Of a stretch of 64,000 nt of DNA, positions 18,572 to 28,796 are shown piece by piece. The notes beneath the pieces are model-generated. The model saw only the letters and a list, made by a program, of their open reading frames with translations, ran no database searches and was not told where the DNA came from. Both the position numbers and the translations under genes were made by a program. How positions within the stretch are numbered: the first letter of the stretch is position 1; every line of letters begins with the position of its first letter. This DNA is from a virus (Duplodnaviria > Caudoviricetes), in IMG/VR virus record IMGVR_UViG_2839026242_000001, positions 32,001 through 96,000 of that record, one strand, 5' to 3'.

Positions 18572-20023
18572 TTATATGTAATTAATCAAATTTTTAAATA
18601 CTGCTGTTATTTTATTCGTTGTTACCGCATTTCCAGCCATTTTATATAGTTGCGAATTGCTGATTCCTGCTTCAACTAACTTGTGATAATATTCATCAGG
18701 GAATCCCTGTAACCTAAAACATTCTAATGGGGTCAATTTGCGAATTCGATATTTTGGTTTTTCTAAAATCATACTATCCTTTGATACTGAAGTGATAGTA
18801 TTACTTACTGCATCACTTCTGATTTCTAACTGTTGCTCTTGTCCTTTATAGCTTCTGGTTCTAAAACTGCAGCTAAGATAATCATTGTCTTCTACAATAA
18901 TTTTGGGTTCTCGATTGCCACCTTCCATTGTTGTGATTGTCGGTGAAATTCCTTCTGGATCGTAAACCCTCCTTATGCATTCATTTCCTTTAATATCAAG
19001 AAGTCCCACCATAGCCAATTCTGGTTCTTTTACTAAATAAACTCCTCCACCACTACCACCAAGACCACCTGTTTGACTAGCAACGGTAGCTGAGATTCCA
19101 TTTGTGTCATAAACTCTATTACCCTGAGCGTTTTTATCTATGTATCCCACTTGTTGCAAATCAATTTCTACTACCTTTCGAGGTTCTTTATAATCTCTAC
19201 TTTGTAAAGTTGGACACATGTCACTATAAATCCGTAGACCGTCCATTCCTTTTGCCATTGGATCAATTATGCTTCTATCGGTTAGACTTTCTTGTTGCTT
19301 GCTTGTTAATTGTTCTAGAAGATTTCTTGTTTTTTCCTCACTTATGTAATACTTCTCATCAACATTATCCTCCAATATGTCTTTTATAATTTTATTTACT
19401 TTGTTCTGCTCAGGAAATTTAAAATTAAATGTTTTAATTCCATCTGCGTTTTTCAATTTTTTCTTCGCTTTTGCTACAATATCATTACCACTAATAATCC
19501 ATTCTTCAGCTTCAATATCTCTGAGTGCTACAATAATTATTCGCTCTCGATTTTGTGGAACGTCAAAATGTTTACTATTTATTACCTGAAAATCTACTAC
19601 ATATCCAATATCGCTTAATGTTAATAAGATTGTCTCAAGTGTACTTCCTTTATTGTGATTCACAAGACCTTTTACATTTTCTAAGATCAAAGCCTTTGGC
19701 TTCTTCTTACTTGCAATTCGCACAATCTCGAAGAATAGTGTCCCTCTTGTGTCTTCAAATCCTAGTCGTTTCCCAGCTACACTAAATGCCTGACAAGGGA
19801 ATCCTCCAACTAATACATCATGATCTGGTATATGTTCTGCTGAAATTTTTGTAATATCTCCATGAGGCTTAAATCCGTAAATTATTTCATATGCTTTGGT
19901 AGCGTATTTGTCAATTTCGCTTGCGAATACTACTTCAACATTTTCTCTACCAATTGCATTAAAAATACCTGTTTCAAACCCACCAATTCCACTAAACAAA
20001 GAACACACTTTAATTTTACTCAA
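18572..20023 (-). CDS. C5-cytosine DNA methyltransferase, probably multispecific
   Basis: LFSGIGG, GFPCQ, ENV, QNRER, YKMAGN; long variable region with four TL-like motifs (PTL, ATV, PTI, NTI). Confidence 0.93.
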   Translation of the reverse strand: MSKIKVCSLFSGIGGFETGIFNAIGRENVEVVFASEIDKYATKAYEIIYGFKPHGDITKISAEHIPDHDVLVGGFPCQAFSVAGKRLGFEDTRGTLFFEIVRIASKKKPKALILENVKGLVNHNKGSTLETILLTLSDIGYVVDFQVINSKHFDVPQNRERIIIVALRDIEAEEWIISGNDIVAKAKKKLKNADGIKTFNFKFPEQNKVNKIIKDILEDNVDEKYYISEEKTRNLLEQLTSKQQESLTDRSIIDPMAKGMDGLRIYSDMCPTLQSRDYKEPRKVVEIDLQQVGYIDKNAQGNRVYDTNGISATVASQTGGLGGSGGGVYLVKEPELAMVGLLDIKGNECIRRVYDPEGISPTITTMEGGNREPKIIVEDNDYLSCSFRTRSYKGQEQQLEIRSDAVSNTITSVSKDSMILEKPKYRIRKLTPLECFRLQGFPDEYYHKLVEAGISNSQLYKMAGNAVTTNKITAVFKNLINYI

Positions 20024-20071
20024 TTAATCAACCTCCTAATTTTTATTTTTTAATTTCAATCAAACGATCTT

Positions 20072-20713
20072 TTATAGAGTTTTATTCCCCAGTATAGATT
20101 CCTTACAATGCTCTATAATCTTTTTTAATTCTTCAAATGTAATATTTTGATTCATATATGCATCTCTTAATGGGTATTTATAAAAATTCAATCTAAACCC
20201 CGTTGGCTTATACCAAAAATTCGGTTGTATCAATCGGCAATTGTCTTTATGTCCTTTGTTTTTAGCCCATTCATCATACCTCTTATGTACACCACAATCG
20301 CAATGGAAAGCGCAGCCATTCCATCCATGTTCCCAGCCATTTACTTTTGCCCAATTATCTACTAAAGTTATGTATTTTTTGCTCAACCATTCAATACCTT
20401 TTTGTTTAAGTTCATTTTCATACTTTTTAATTCTATTAGAAAAGCAACCATCTGTATGCTGATTTTCTTCCCACCACTCATAATTCATATCATCAAACCC
20501 ACAAGTACAATCTGCATCCCAGTCATATGGATTTACCAAGAATACATCATTTTCGAATCCACCACGACTAGTTTGATATTGGTCTTCTTTGTCATAATAA
20601 CCTCGTCCATCAAGACCACAATCATAAAGGAATTGACAGAAATCATCTTGCCATGCTCGATCTACTGGATGCTCTCCTCTTGAGTTGCCGAAAATCATGT
20701 TACCTAGTTCCAT
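20072..20713 (-). CDS. Conserved-looking hypothetical phage protein (Cys-rich)
   Basis: ORF with GAGGTG RBS. Confidence 0.75.
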   Translation of the reverse strand: MELGNMIFGNSRGEHPVDRAWQDDFCQFLYDCGLDGRGYYDKEDQYQTSRGGFENDVFLVNPYDWDADCTCGFDDMNYEWWEENQHTDGCFSNRIKKYENELKQKGIEWLSKKYITLVDNWAKVNGWEHGWNGCAFHCDCGVHKRYDEWAKNKGHKDNCRLIQPNFWYKPTGFRLNFYKYPLRDAYMNQNITFEELKKIIEHCKESILGNKTL

Positions 20714-21420
20714 TTAATCACCTCTTGTCGTCTTTTTCTTTCTCTTCTTTTTTATAAATTTAAGACAATCATATCTCATCCATTGATAGATTCTAAAATA
20801 GCGCTCATATGTATATTTTGGATTATTTTTATTATACCAATCGTTTAATGTTCTTGTATTTTTCTCTGAGTTACAACTCCGACAGCTTGGCACGCAATTT
20901 TTTAAATCATTTCGCCCATCGTGTATGACATGTTCTTTATGAAGATCCTGACCCTCTGCTATCTTATGTTCTTCATATGTCATTCCACAATATGCACACG
21001 CATTATCAAAGTAATTTTTACATGCAATCCATTCTTTCGGAGTAATATCATGATTCTTTTCCTTTCGTTTCTCGTTATATTCTTTAACTTTGCCAGGATT
21101 ATTTTTTCTATAATCACATGTGTAATTTTTTAAGTAATCGGCATGTTCTCTGTTCCACTGTCTATGTCGTTCTCGTTCTCTTTCGAGATTATCGTAATAC
21201 CACTTTTTCTGTCCTCGCTTGTATTTCTCATGATCTCTTAACGCTCTTTCTCGCGCTGCACGAATAAGTTTCTCTCGATTTTCTTCATAATACTGCTTAT
21301 TTCTTTTCCTAATACAATTTCTACAAATGTAGCTCCAACCAGTTTTATTCTTTTCTGGTCTAAAATACTCATTTGTTAATGGGTATAATACTTTGCAGTC
21401 TTTGCAAATCCTATCCCCAA
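20714..21420 (-). pseudogene. HNH endonuclease, frameshifted right after its start
   Basis: Open frame DRICKDCK...CAYCGM...HKEH...NCVPSCRSCN; RBS and TTG at 21420 are out of frame by one base at a G4 run. Confidence 0.75.
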
Positions 21421-21452
21421 GATATCACCTCCTATTTCCAATGAAATAGATT

Positions 21453-22169
21453 TTATATTGTAAATTTATCTAACCATTCCTTTATTTTTACAAACCTTTC
21501 TTGAGTGTATTTTGGATTTTCAGTTGTGAACCACACATCCCAATCTTTATTCCGTTTACTTGAATTGCAACTCTTACAAGCCAATATACAATTTTCAATT
21601 CCATTGCTTCCATCATTTATTGCATGATCCTTATGTAATTTATGTCCATACTTCTCGACAGATTCTTCCTCAGTGATTCCACAGTACATACAACTGCTAT
21701 TACAATATGCATATAATTCATTTAATTCTTCATCAGAAATGTCATGCTTCTTATGAAGTTCTCTTTCAATCCTATACTCTTTTAATTTTTCTCGATTATT
21801 TTGCCTCCAATCTTTTGTTAACTGCTTTATTCTTTCAGGATTATTATTAACCCACCTGTTGAATTTATCTTTATAGTACTGAACTTTATTTCTATAATTT
21901 TCTTTTGCATAAGCTTTTATTGCTTCTGGATTTTCATTTTGACGTATAATACTTTTAATTATTGCACATTGCTTACAACTAGGATGTAACCCATCAATTG
22001 AATTTGATTTATTTCTATAGAAATATTCATCTGTTGATGGAAACCAGTCACCACATTTATTGCACAGTTTATAATCTATTCCATTTAATGACTTGTGCGT
22101 TTCTTTATACTTCTTCAACTTCCGTTCAAGTTTTCGCCTGTCTTTTTCTTCTGGTGTTAATTTCGCCAT
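21453..22169 (-). CDS. HNH (homing-type) endonuclease
   Basis: CMYCG...HKDH...NCILACKSCNSSK; N-terminal CNKC Zn finger. Confidence 0.88.
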   Translation of the reverse strand: MAKLTPEEKDRRKLERKLKKYKETHKSLNGIDYKLCNKCGDWFPSTDEYFYRNKSNSIDGLHPSCKQCAIIKSIIRQNENPEAIKAYAKENYRNKVQYYKDKFNRWVNNNPERIKQLTKDWRQNNREKLKEYRIERELHKKHDISDEELNELYAYCNSSCMYCGITEEESVEKYGHKLHKDHAINDGSNGIENCILACKSCNSSKRNKDWDVWFTTENPKYTQERFVKIKEWLDKFTI

Positions 22170-22217
22170 CGCATCCTCTCCCTAATTTTGATAAAAGCAA
22201 GTTTTCATTAAATATTT

Positions 22218-22502
22218 TTATTCTTTAATAAGTTCATATGTCTGGTGAAAGATGTCTGGCTTACAAGGGTATCGTTCACCATTGACGCCAGTAATGATAT
22301 AGTCATCTGGATCAGCAATCATATTCCCTTCAAGTGTTTCAATTGTTAAACTTTTGCCATCCTCATTTAAACGGATCAATCTCATTTTACCGTCTTTTGC
22401 GTAATATGAATGAACACCATTAAAATCTTTAAAATTAAGTTCTATGTATTCTTTGACAGTAACTGCATCAATGATAACTGGTTTCTTACGATATTTCGCC
22501 AT
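22218..22502 (-). CDS. PGDYG-family phage protein
   Basis: YRKKPVIIDAV...TLEG...DDYIITGVNGERYPCKPDIF. Confidence 0.8.
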   Translation of the reverse strand: MAKYRKKPVIIDAVTVKEYIELNFKDFNGVHSYYAKDGKMRLIRLNEDGKSLTIETLEGNMIADPDDYIITGVNGERYPCKPDIFHQTYELIKE

Positions 22503-22545
22503 TGATAAACCTCCTTTTTCAATAAATGTAGTTTTTGATTGGATT

Positions 22546-22974
22546 TCAACCAAAATAATAATTTTCTACATCCTCAATTAATCGCAATGCTTTAGCTAAA
22601 AAATTTAATGCTTCATCCTTACTAATTCCTTGTAATGCTCTAACACCTTCTGGAGTTGTTTTAATACCTTTCTCAAAACGCCACTTAACTGTATAAGTGC
22701 CATTATCATCATTCACAATAAAACTATGTAGTAAGTCCTCTTTATGAGGATAATATCTTTTACCAACCCATGAAGCACTTTCTCTAATCTTATTGGCGGC
22801 TCTACGTGACATGACCACAATCTCACCATGACCGCTACAATTCATACAATAACAATTCAGCCCGTTTTCTTCTACATCTTGAACTGACCACCCGCCGTTA
22901 TTTCCCCAAGAGCCATCTTCATTCGTAGCAAAACATGCAGAGCAGAATGTAATCTTTTCATCTAAAGGATTCAA
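22546..22974 (-). CDS. Hypothetical Zn-binding protein
   Basis: CSAC, CMNC; RBS. Confidence 0.7.
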   Translation of the reverse strand: MNPLDEKITFCSACFATNEDGSWGNNGGWSVQDVEENGLNCYCMNCSGHGEIVVMSRRAANKIRESASWVGKRYYPHKEDLLHSFIVNDDNGTYTVKWRFEKGIKTTPEGVRALQGISKDEALNFLAKALRLIEDVENYYFG

Positions 22975-23011
22975 AAACTTTCACCTCCTAAAATCCAAGG
23001 AAAACATCATT

Positions 23012-23212
23012 TCATTGCAATCTTTCATATGTATAGGTCGGCACTCGTCTTGTTAACTCAGTGTCATAATTGTCGTATCCATCGTTATATACTCTGATAA
23101 CTAATTCGCCCTCAAAAATGAAGTCATTGCCATTATCAGTTTGAATAATGTCAACAAGCCTTTTCCCTTTAAAATGTTTCAATGCAATTTGAATATCTTT
23201 ATCATTTAACAT
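23012..23212 (-). CDS. Hypothetical protein
   Basis: ORF with RBS. Confidence 0.65.
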   Translation of the reverse strand: MLNDKDIQIALKHFKGKRLVDIIQTDNGNDFIFEGELVIRVYNDGYDNYDTELTRRVPTYTYERLQ

Positions 23213-23244
23213 ACCATTTCTCCTTTCCTCATGAAATTATCCTT

Positions 23245-23520
23245 TTATTTGGTCTTTGGTACATACTCTACTATCTCAAACCTTTTAAACTCTTCATCAA
23301 ATGCTTTCTTAAACTCATCTGATCTTTGTGGAGCACAATAATCCAGATGACGAACAGCATCATACGCATAATCATTACACTCAGCAGTAATGACACTCTT
23401 TGCTGCACCAATCTTCAAATACGCAATCTTTCGCCCTGTTTTCTCCCATCGTTTACCATCTTTATGTATTACATAAATGCAATTATCTTTATTCATCCCA
23501 GTCATCCTCATCATCTTCAC
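23245..23520 (-). CDS. Hypothetical protein
   Basis: ORF; start probably MNKDN. Confidence 0.65.
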   Translation of the reverse strand: MKMMRMTGMNKDNCIYVIHKDGKRWEKTGRKIAYLKIGAAKSVITAECNDYAYDAVRHLDYCAPQRSDEFKKAFDEEFKRFEIVEYVPKTK

Positions 23521-23731
23521 AATATAGAATTTGTAACTCTACTCGATTACTACCGTCTTCTAACGTGTGCCAGTGCCAGTTATAGTCGAATTGATCTAAT
23601 CCCAATCCATCAATTAACAAAAATCCTTCTTCATTTAAATGTAGATCAACTACAGCTTCCGCCCCTCCACCAAGATTCAACTTCACACCTTTTGCAATTG
23701 TTTGACCTATTCGTCCATGATTATTTAACAT
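23489..23731 (-). CDS. Small acidic hypothetical protein
   Basis: ORF with RBS. Confidence 0.65.
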   Translation of the reverse strand: MLNNHGRIGQTIAKGVKLNLGGGAEAVVDLHLNEEGFLLIDGLGLDQFDYNWHWHTLEDGSNRVELQILYCEDDEDDWDE

Positions 23732-24019
23732 TCATTCTCCTCCTTTAGCTTTTCTAGCTTTCCTTAATCGTTCTGCCGCAGCTTTGCGCTGTTCTTCTGT
23801 CATATTACGCCCCTTACTTTCAGAACGAAATGAAATTCGCTCAAATGGTATATCCTTGTACCAATGCGCACCATCTTCTTGAATCTTGTAAGGCTCAATC
23901 CCTGCTCTTTTTAATTTTGTAATTACACGTTGTTGCCTTGTATAGATACTCCATGTTTTTGTTTCATCATCACAATGAATTGCCGTCTCACGTTCACATG
24001 CCTCTAGTGACATATGCAT
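23732..24019 (-). CDS. Hypothetical phage protein
   Basis: ERET...MTEEQRKAAAERL; RBS. Confidence 0.75.
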   Translation of the reverse strand: MHMSLEACERETAIHCDDETKTWSIYTRQQRVITKLKRAGIEPYKIQEDGAHWYKDIPFERISFRSESKGRNMTEEQRKAAAERLRKARKAKGGE

Positions 24020-24033
24020 CTTTCCTCCTTTTC

Positions 24034-24561
24034 TTAAATTTCTACATCTGCAAACTTCTCCACAATTTCAAGTAGTCGTTGAAGTTCAGGATTCCTCCAG
24101 GCATGGTTAATAAAATAATCGGGTTGCTTATAATGATAGTGATTCTCTGTGACATGTTGATCCAATGCACGTTTTGTTAGAAAACAGTTTTTATATGTAT
24201 GCTCTTCTGTATAGCCTGTGTATGTTGAAAACTCATACCCAATATTTTTAAGAAAATCATGAAGAACTAAAAATGACTTTGATAACTTTACTTCCCACCA
24301 TTCGTCAATATCTTTCTGAATTAGATCCTCTAGATAATCCTCGCACCACTCAATTGCCTCATTGAAATCAGTAAATAAAATATAATCTTCGCTCAGAAGT
24401 ATACAAGTTTTATCGGCATAGTCTGGGTCAATACCCACAACATTCTTCTTTTCACGAATCTGATAAAATACTGGTTTAGCAGTATACTCTCTGTCTTGTG
24501 TTTTTAATTCAATTGCTAAGTCTTTAAGAAACTTAATATCATCATCAGTCAGTATATTCAT
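24034..24561 (-). CDS. Hypothetical phage protein
   Basis: ORF with RBS. Confidence 0.75.
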   Translation of the reverse strand: MNILTDDDIKFLKDLAIELKTQDREYTAKPVFYQIREKKNVVGIDPDYADKTCILLSEDYILFTDFNEAIEWCEDYLEDLIQKDIDEWWEVKLSKSFLVLHDFLKNIGYEFSTYTGYTEEHTYKNCFLTKRALDQHVTENHYHYKQPDYFINHAWRNPELQRLLEIVEKFADVEI

Positions 24562-24739
24562 TTGTGCCTCCGTTGTTCTTATTTAATTCAAGTAATTCTT
24601 GATGCGAGTCTAGCCACTTACTTACATCATCTATATATTTCTTTTGTTCTTCAGTCATTTCTTGCTCTGTATCGCTAAGATTATCACTGCCCTCAATCAT
24701 CTCGTTTGCTTTAGGATGCCAATCATTGTTTTTATCCAC
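24545..24739 (-). CDS. Hypothetical protein
   Basis: ORF with RBS. Confidence 0.6.
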   Translation of the reverse strand: MDKNNDWHPKANEMIEGSDNLSDTEQEMTEEQKKYIDDVSKWLDSHQELLELNKNNGGTNEYTD

Positions 24740-24772
24740 TTGTGCATCTCCCCTTTGTATAAATTCCTTCTT

Positions 24773-25177
24773 TCATTCAGTTAATTTATCTATTTCTTGA
24801 ATAATGAAATGTTTAAAATCTTCAAGTGGCTTCATGTCATAATATGTCATCCAATCATGTTCTCCACTTACATCATAAATTACAAACCAATTAGGATAAT
24901 TGTAGTTTGACTTATCAAAGAGTGCTTGGTGATATCCATCATCTAGCCTTTCAATCCATTCCTTCACTTGGTTTTCGTTCTCAAAATAGTAAATTTTAAC
25001 ATCATAAGGGAGGAACACTTGACGTTCTTTAATTTTTAATTTAAATTCATGATCTTCTGCTTGACTTGGATTATAAAATTCAGAGCCATCTAATGTAACC
25101 CAAATATCCACTTCTTTTGTCCCAACCTGAACTTTTTTCTCTTCATAAATTGGTATTTGTTTGCTTTTCTTTTCCAT
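24773..25177 (-). CDS. Hypothetical protein
   Basis: ORF with GGAGG RBS. Confidence 0.7.
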   Translation of the reverse strand: MEKKSKQIPIYEEKKVQVGTKEVDIWVTLDGSEFYNPSQAEDHEFKLKIKERQVFLPYDVKIYYFENENQVKEWIERLDDGYHQALFDKSNYNYPNWFVIYDVSGEHDWMTYYDMKPLEDFKHFIIQEIDKLTE

Positions 25178-25213
25178 TAAAAATTACCTCCATTTTTAAA
25201 TCAAATCGTACAT

Positions 25214-25621
25214 TCATCGAAATTTCATGAAGCCCAAAATAAAGTCTGCCAACTCATACAAATCATCATCATTCATTTCTTGAAAGTCATCCAGACTCAT
25301 TGTTCCATAATCAAATGCTTCCTTTACTCGTGTCAGATTATATGTATAAGTACCATCTTTCCAATTGAATCCGAAGTATTCAGCGAGTTTTGAAACCAAT
25401 TCTTCGCGTTCTTTATTATCGTCTTGCCGATATTCAGGCACAATTTGCAATTGTACCGATGTATATGTTCTGCTGCTATTTGCATTAAGGTGATCCTCGC
25501 ACTCACGAATGAATGATTGAAGTTCTTTTTTCTGCTCTTCGGGTTTTGAATGCAAATCCATGCATCCATAGTTTTGTTTCACATATCCTTCCAGCCTGTA
25601 ACCCTCAATTACTTTATCCAT
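25214..25621 (-). CDS. Hypothetical protein
   Basis: ORF with GGAGG RBS. Confidence 0.7.
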   Translation of the reverse strand: MDKVIEGYRLEGYVKQNYGCMDLHSKPEEQKKELQSFIRECEDHLNANSSRTYTSVQLQIVPEYRQDDNKEREELVSKLAEYFGFNWKDGTYTYNLTRVKEAFDYGTMSLDDFQEMNDDDLYELADFILGFMKFR

Positions 25622-25655
25622 GTTACCTCCAGTTATTTTTAGTTAAAAGCATTCT

Positions 25656-25976
25656 TTAATTGGATTTTGTGCTTACCTCAATCAAAGCTACCTCTTCGCC
25701 TTCGTAATACCATGTCTTATATGAAATCAAGTTACCAACACTAAGATCTAATTCTGGGTGGTATTCCCTTACATATTGAACAAATCCACCACACATTACT
25801 GACTCATTTCCGTGACAAGCCCAATTATGACCACTTTTCTTCTTCATTTGAATAATGTCATACGCACTAGGAAGGCAACCATAAGTTTTGAACTTCTTCT
25901 GATTCATCAGTGAATGCAAATGGGCAAGTTGCGCAACCATCAAAACCACAACTTGCTGTTTTCTCCATTTATTCAA
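25656..25976 (-). CDS. Hypothetical Cys/His-containing protein (5' part possibly frameshifted)
   Basis: YGCLP...WACH...CGGF. Confidence 0.55.
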   Translation of the reverse strand: MNKWRKQQVVVLMVAQLAHLHSLMNQKKFKTYGCLPSAYDIIQMKKKSGHNWACHGNESVMCGGFVQYVREYHPELDLSVGNLISYKTWYYEGEEVALIEVSTKSN

Positions 25977-26000
25977 CCTCCTCTCTGTATAAAAGATTTA

Positions 26001-26327
26001 TTATAATGATTCAACTGTTTTGGTTGCTGCCTTACATATTGCTTTTGGCGTTACTGCCGAAAATGCATTGGCTCCTACTTCAAGTAACATCCATGTATTA
26101 AAATGTCGTTTTTGTTCATTGCTCTTATTAATTTCCTCCATTACTTGCCAAGCATGATCAATTCTTTCGGTCGGCTGCCAATCTCTGACCCATTCCATGA
26201 AATCACCTTGATCGTCATACCAAGCGTCAGCAATATATGCACCATCTTCTATGTACTTACCTTTTGACCACCCCATCACCTTTGTTGCCAGCGTTCCAAC
26301 GATTTGCTGTTCGGTCACTTCTACCAT
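26001..26327 (-). CDS. Phage ABA sandwich-like domain protein
   Basis: LATKVMGW...WQPTERIDHAWQVMEEI...PKAICKAA. Confidence 0.75.
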   Translation of the reverse strand: MVEVTEQQIVGTLATKVMGWSKGKYIEDGAYIADAWYDDQGDFMEWVRDWQPTERIDHAWQVMEEINKSNEQKRHFNTWMLLEVGANAFSAVTPKAICKAATKTVESL

Positions 26328-26361
26328 AATACATACCTTCCCTCATTGCAGTATAATAATT

Positions 26362-26889
26362 TTATCGCAACCCTAAAGATTCCAACATTTTACCCATATC
26401 TGAATTTGTAAGTGATGGGTAATAGTCATCTGCAATCTCAATATTTAACCGCTCCAATGCTTCAATTGCTTCATTAAAAATTCGCTTCATTTCATTGTTC
26501 TTTACATAAACTTCCCCACCACCATCAATGCAAAAACGTCTGTTCTCATCATTCAGTCGTTCTAAAATACTATTTATGAATCGTCTATCAAAGCTGTATT
26601 CTCGATATCCACCAAAGGACAAAAGGATTTTTTCAGACACTTGATTGTCTGAATATACAGGTCGATACAAAACTACTTTTTGTTTTTCCTCTTTACGATC
26701 TTTACCATATTTAATCATAATGTAGTCATTATCTAGCATAGTTTCAGTTGTATAATATGTATGTTCTTTTTCTAGGCGTTTTCTCTCATTGATAAACTCC
26801 CTTTGGTCTTCTGATAAACTATTCCACCAGTCATCGTGCAATTTCTTGAAATCAACCATAGAATCAATCCCCTTTACTTTTTCAATCAA
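26362..26889 (-). CDS. Hypothetical protein
   Basis: ORF. Confidence 0.7.
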   Translation of the reverse strand: MIEKVKGIDSMVDFKKLHDDWWNSLSEDQREFINERKRLEKEHTYYTTETMLDNDYIMIKYGKDRKEEKQKVVLYRPVYSDNQVSEKILLSFGGYREYSFDRRFINSILERLNDENRRFCIDGGGEVYVKNNEMKRIFNEAIEALERLNIEIADDYYPSLTNSDMGKMLESLGLR

Positions 26890-26902
26890 ACACGTCTTTT
26901 AT

Positions 26903-27322
26903 TCAAAGCACCCAGTTAATCTTATCTTTAATCAGTAGCAATACAGTCTGAAATTCAGTAGCATTATTAAAGCTGGCACAGCCAAACATACTATTCCTGA
27001 TCTGCTTCTGTACTTCACTAGGTAACACTTTAATAGCCTTTCCGTCTCGTTCTTTATCAAGGAATAAATGCGCCTCAAAATTGCTTACATAAGGAGACTG
27101 TAGCAGACCGTAATCATAAGCAACCAATACAGTCTCAAGATTCTTTCTGCAAACTCGGAAGACCTTTAATTCGCCTGAATTAACATTGTAATATACATAA
27201 GGCTTATTATTTTTATTTTCAATTTCCCTATCAAAATCGATTTCTTTAATCATGTTTACTTCAACTGGAATCATTCTGATGATTTCTTCAAGCGTATTTG
27301 CAGACGTTGCCGTTTTCGTCAT
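26903..27322 (-). CDS. Hypothetical protein
   Basis: ORF. Confidence 0.65.
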   Translation of the reverse strand: MTKTATSANTLEEIIRMIPVEVNMIKEIDFDREIENKNNKPYVYYNVNSGELKVFRVCRKNLETVLVAYDYGLLQSPYVSNFEAHLFLDKERDGKAIKVLPSEVQKQIRNSMFGCASFNNATEFQTVLLLIKDKINWVL

Positions 27323-27659
27323 GGTAATATACTCCCTTTAAGTCGTATTTGCTAATGAATTGCTGACAATATGGACAAGGTTTACTGTTTGCGTATTTTC
27401 CTGTTTTAGTAACCGCAGCGTTATACAAAATACTACCTTTGACCATCCTCTTATGTACCGAGAATAAACAATCTACTTCTGAATGCCATCCTTTACAATC
27501 ATAAATCGGATCTGCAATTCTGCCAGCTTTGTACTTGTTATTGAATCCATAAGATATTACTCTACCATTTTTTATAAGCAATGAAACGTGACGGTACTCA
27601 GGCATATTATTTTTACTTGTGAGTCGCAAACAAAGATTAATCCATCGTCTGTGTCTCAT
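27288..27659 (-). CDS. Cytidine/deoxycytidylate deaminase-like protein
   Basis: HSE...SKPCPYC Zn motif. Confidence 0.85.
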   Translation of the reverse strand: MRHRRWINLCLRLTSKNNMPEYRHVSLLIKNGRVISYGFNNKYKAGRIADPIYDCKGWHSEVDCLFSVHKRMVKGSILYNAAVTKTGKYANSKPCPYCQQFISKYDLKGVYYHDENGNVCKYA

Positions 27660-27723
27660 ACCAACACCTTAATATTATATTTTTAATTTATGTGTGTCAA
27701 TTATTTTTTATTTTTAAAACTTA

Positions 27724-27912
27724 TCATGACTTACTCATTGTATACTGTCTTACATAATAACTACATCTATAATTTAATCGCTCAATTACAAAATCTACAT
27801 CCAATTTTCTATTATTTTTGATATGATTTTTGTTTTCACATATAACCTGCAAACCTTGAATAACTCCATATTTACAGTTTTCACAGCGTTTCCTTGGAGG
27901 CCAAGACACCAT
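27724..27912 (-). CDS. Small Cys-containing protein
   Basis: CENC...C...C. Confidence 0.6.
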   Translation of the reverse strand: MVSWPPRKRCENCKYGVIQGLQVICENKNHIKNNRKLDVDFVIERLNYRCSYYVRQYTMSKS

Positions 27913-27921
27913 CTCATCTCC

Positions 27922-28143
27922 TTATTCAACAAACTCGCAATCACTTTTGCTTACCCATCCATAAGGCCATCCAGCTTGTTCAATGGTTGTCCTTACAATT
28001 AAGTTGTTTCTGTTTCGACTGCATTCACTATGTACTATAAATTCTTGACCGATCTTATCTGCATACCAATTTTGATGATGGTCAGAGGAAATAATTTTAA
28101 TCTTCTTCCCACATAATTCACTCATCTTCATCGCCCGTCCCAT
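27922..28143 (-). CDS. Small beta-rich protein
   Basis: Similar to 3820-4035. Confidence 0.6.
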   Translation of the reverse strand: MGRAMKMSELCGKKIKIISSDHHQNWYADKIGQEFIVHSECSRNRNNLIVRTTIEQAGWPYGWVSKSDCEFVE

Positions 28144-28290
28144 TCACAAGAATATTCTTTTAAAAACTCCAGTTTGCACGATCCAGTTACTGAGTTCTCA
28201 GTAGGTACAACGATAATTTTACTGCCATTTTTGAATTCAATTTCGATATTATTATTTTTCATTTCTAAACTCCTTTTTGCGATAAATTCA

Positions 28291-28485
28291 CTATTTTATG
28301 GAATCCCAACTTAGGTTTTCCGAAGTTACATTGAATACATTAACCAGATCGTCCGGTTGTAAAGTCTTAATACTTCCGTCATTTTGTACAACCGTAGCAT
28401 ACTCGCTATCCGGGTTATAACCTAAACCGTATCTCTCTGCCGCAGCTTTAACAATTTGCTGAATATCTTTCCTCATACTAATCAC
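28291..28485 (-). CDS. Hypothetical protein
   Basis: ORF bounded by class I repeats. Confidence 0.6.
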   Translation of the reverse strand: MISMRKDIQQIVKAAAERYGLGYNPDSEYATVVQNDGSIKTLQPDDLVNVFNVTSENLSWDSIK

Positions 28486-28535
28486 TCCACGAAAACCGTA
28501 TTTTAGGTCGAATAGTGTACTCTGTATCAGGGTGT

Positions 28536-28762
28536 TTAGTACCCACTTTCATGTTCTAACAACCATTCCTTAAACAGAACTTGTGCTTTTGCAAAGACAT
28601 CCTCCATATCACAACTTTGAACATTGATAATGGTTTCTCCATGTTTTGGGTGAGTTGTTTTGTAGCCAATAGTAATACACCAGTCCATAATACTTGAATA
28701 ATAGATTTCTAATGTCCATGCGCCTGATTCACTTTATCAAAAAATGATAAAAATTCCTGCAT
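28536..28762 (-). pseudogene. Frameshifted paralog of 29187-29402
   Basis: MQEFLSFFDK / frameshift / WTLEIYYSSIMDWCITI...VFAKAQVLFKEWLLEHESGY. Confidence 0.75.
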
Positions 28763-28796
28763 AATCACTTCCCCTTTTTCCTATGAAATTGCCATT

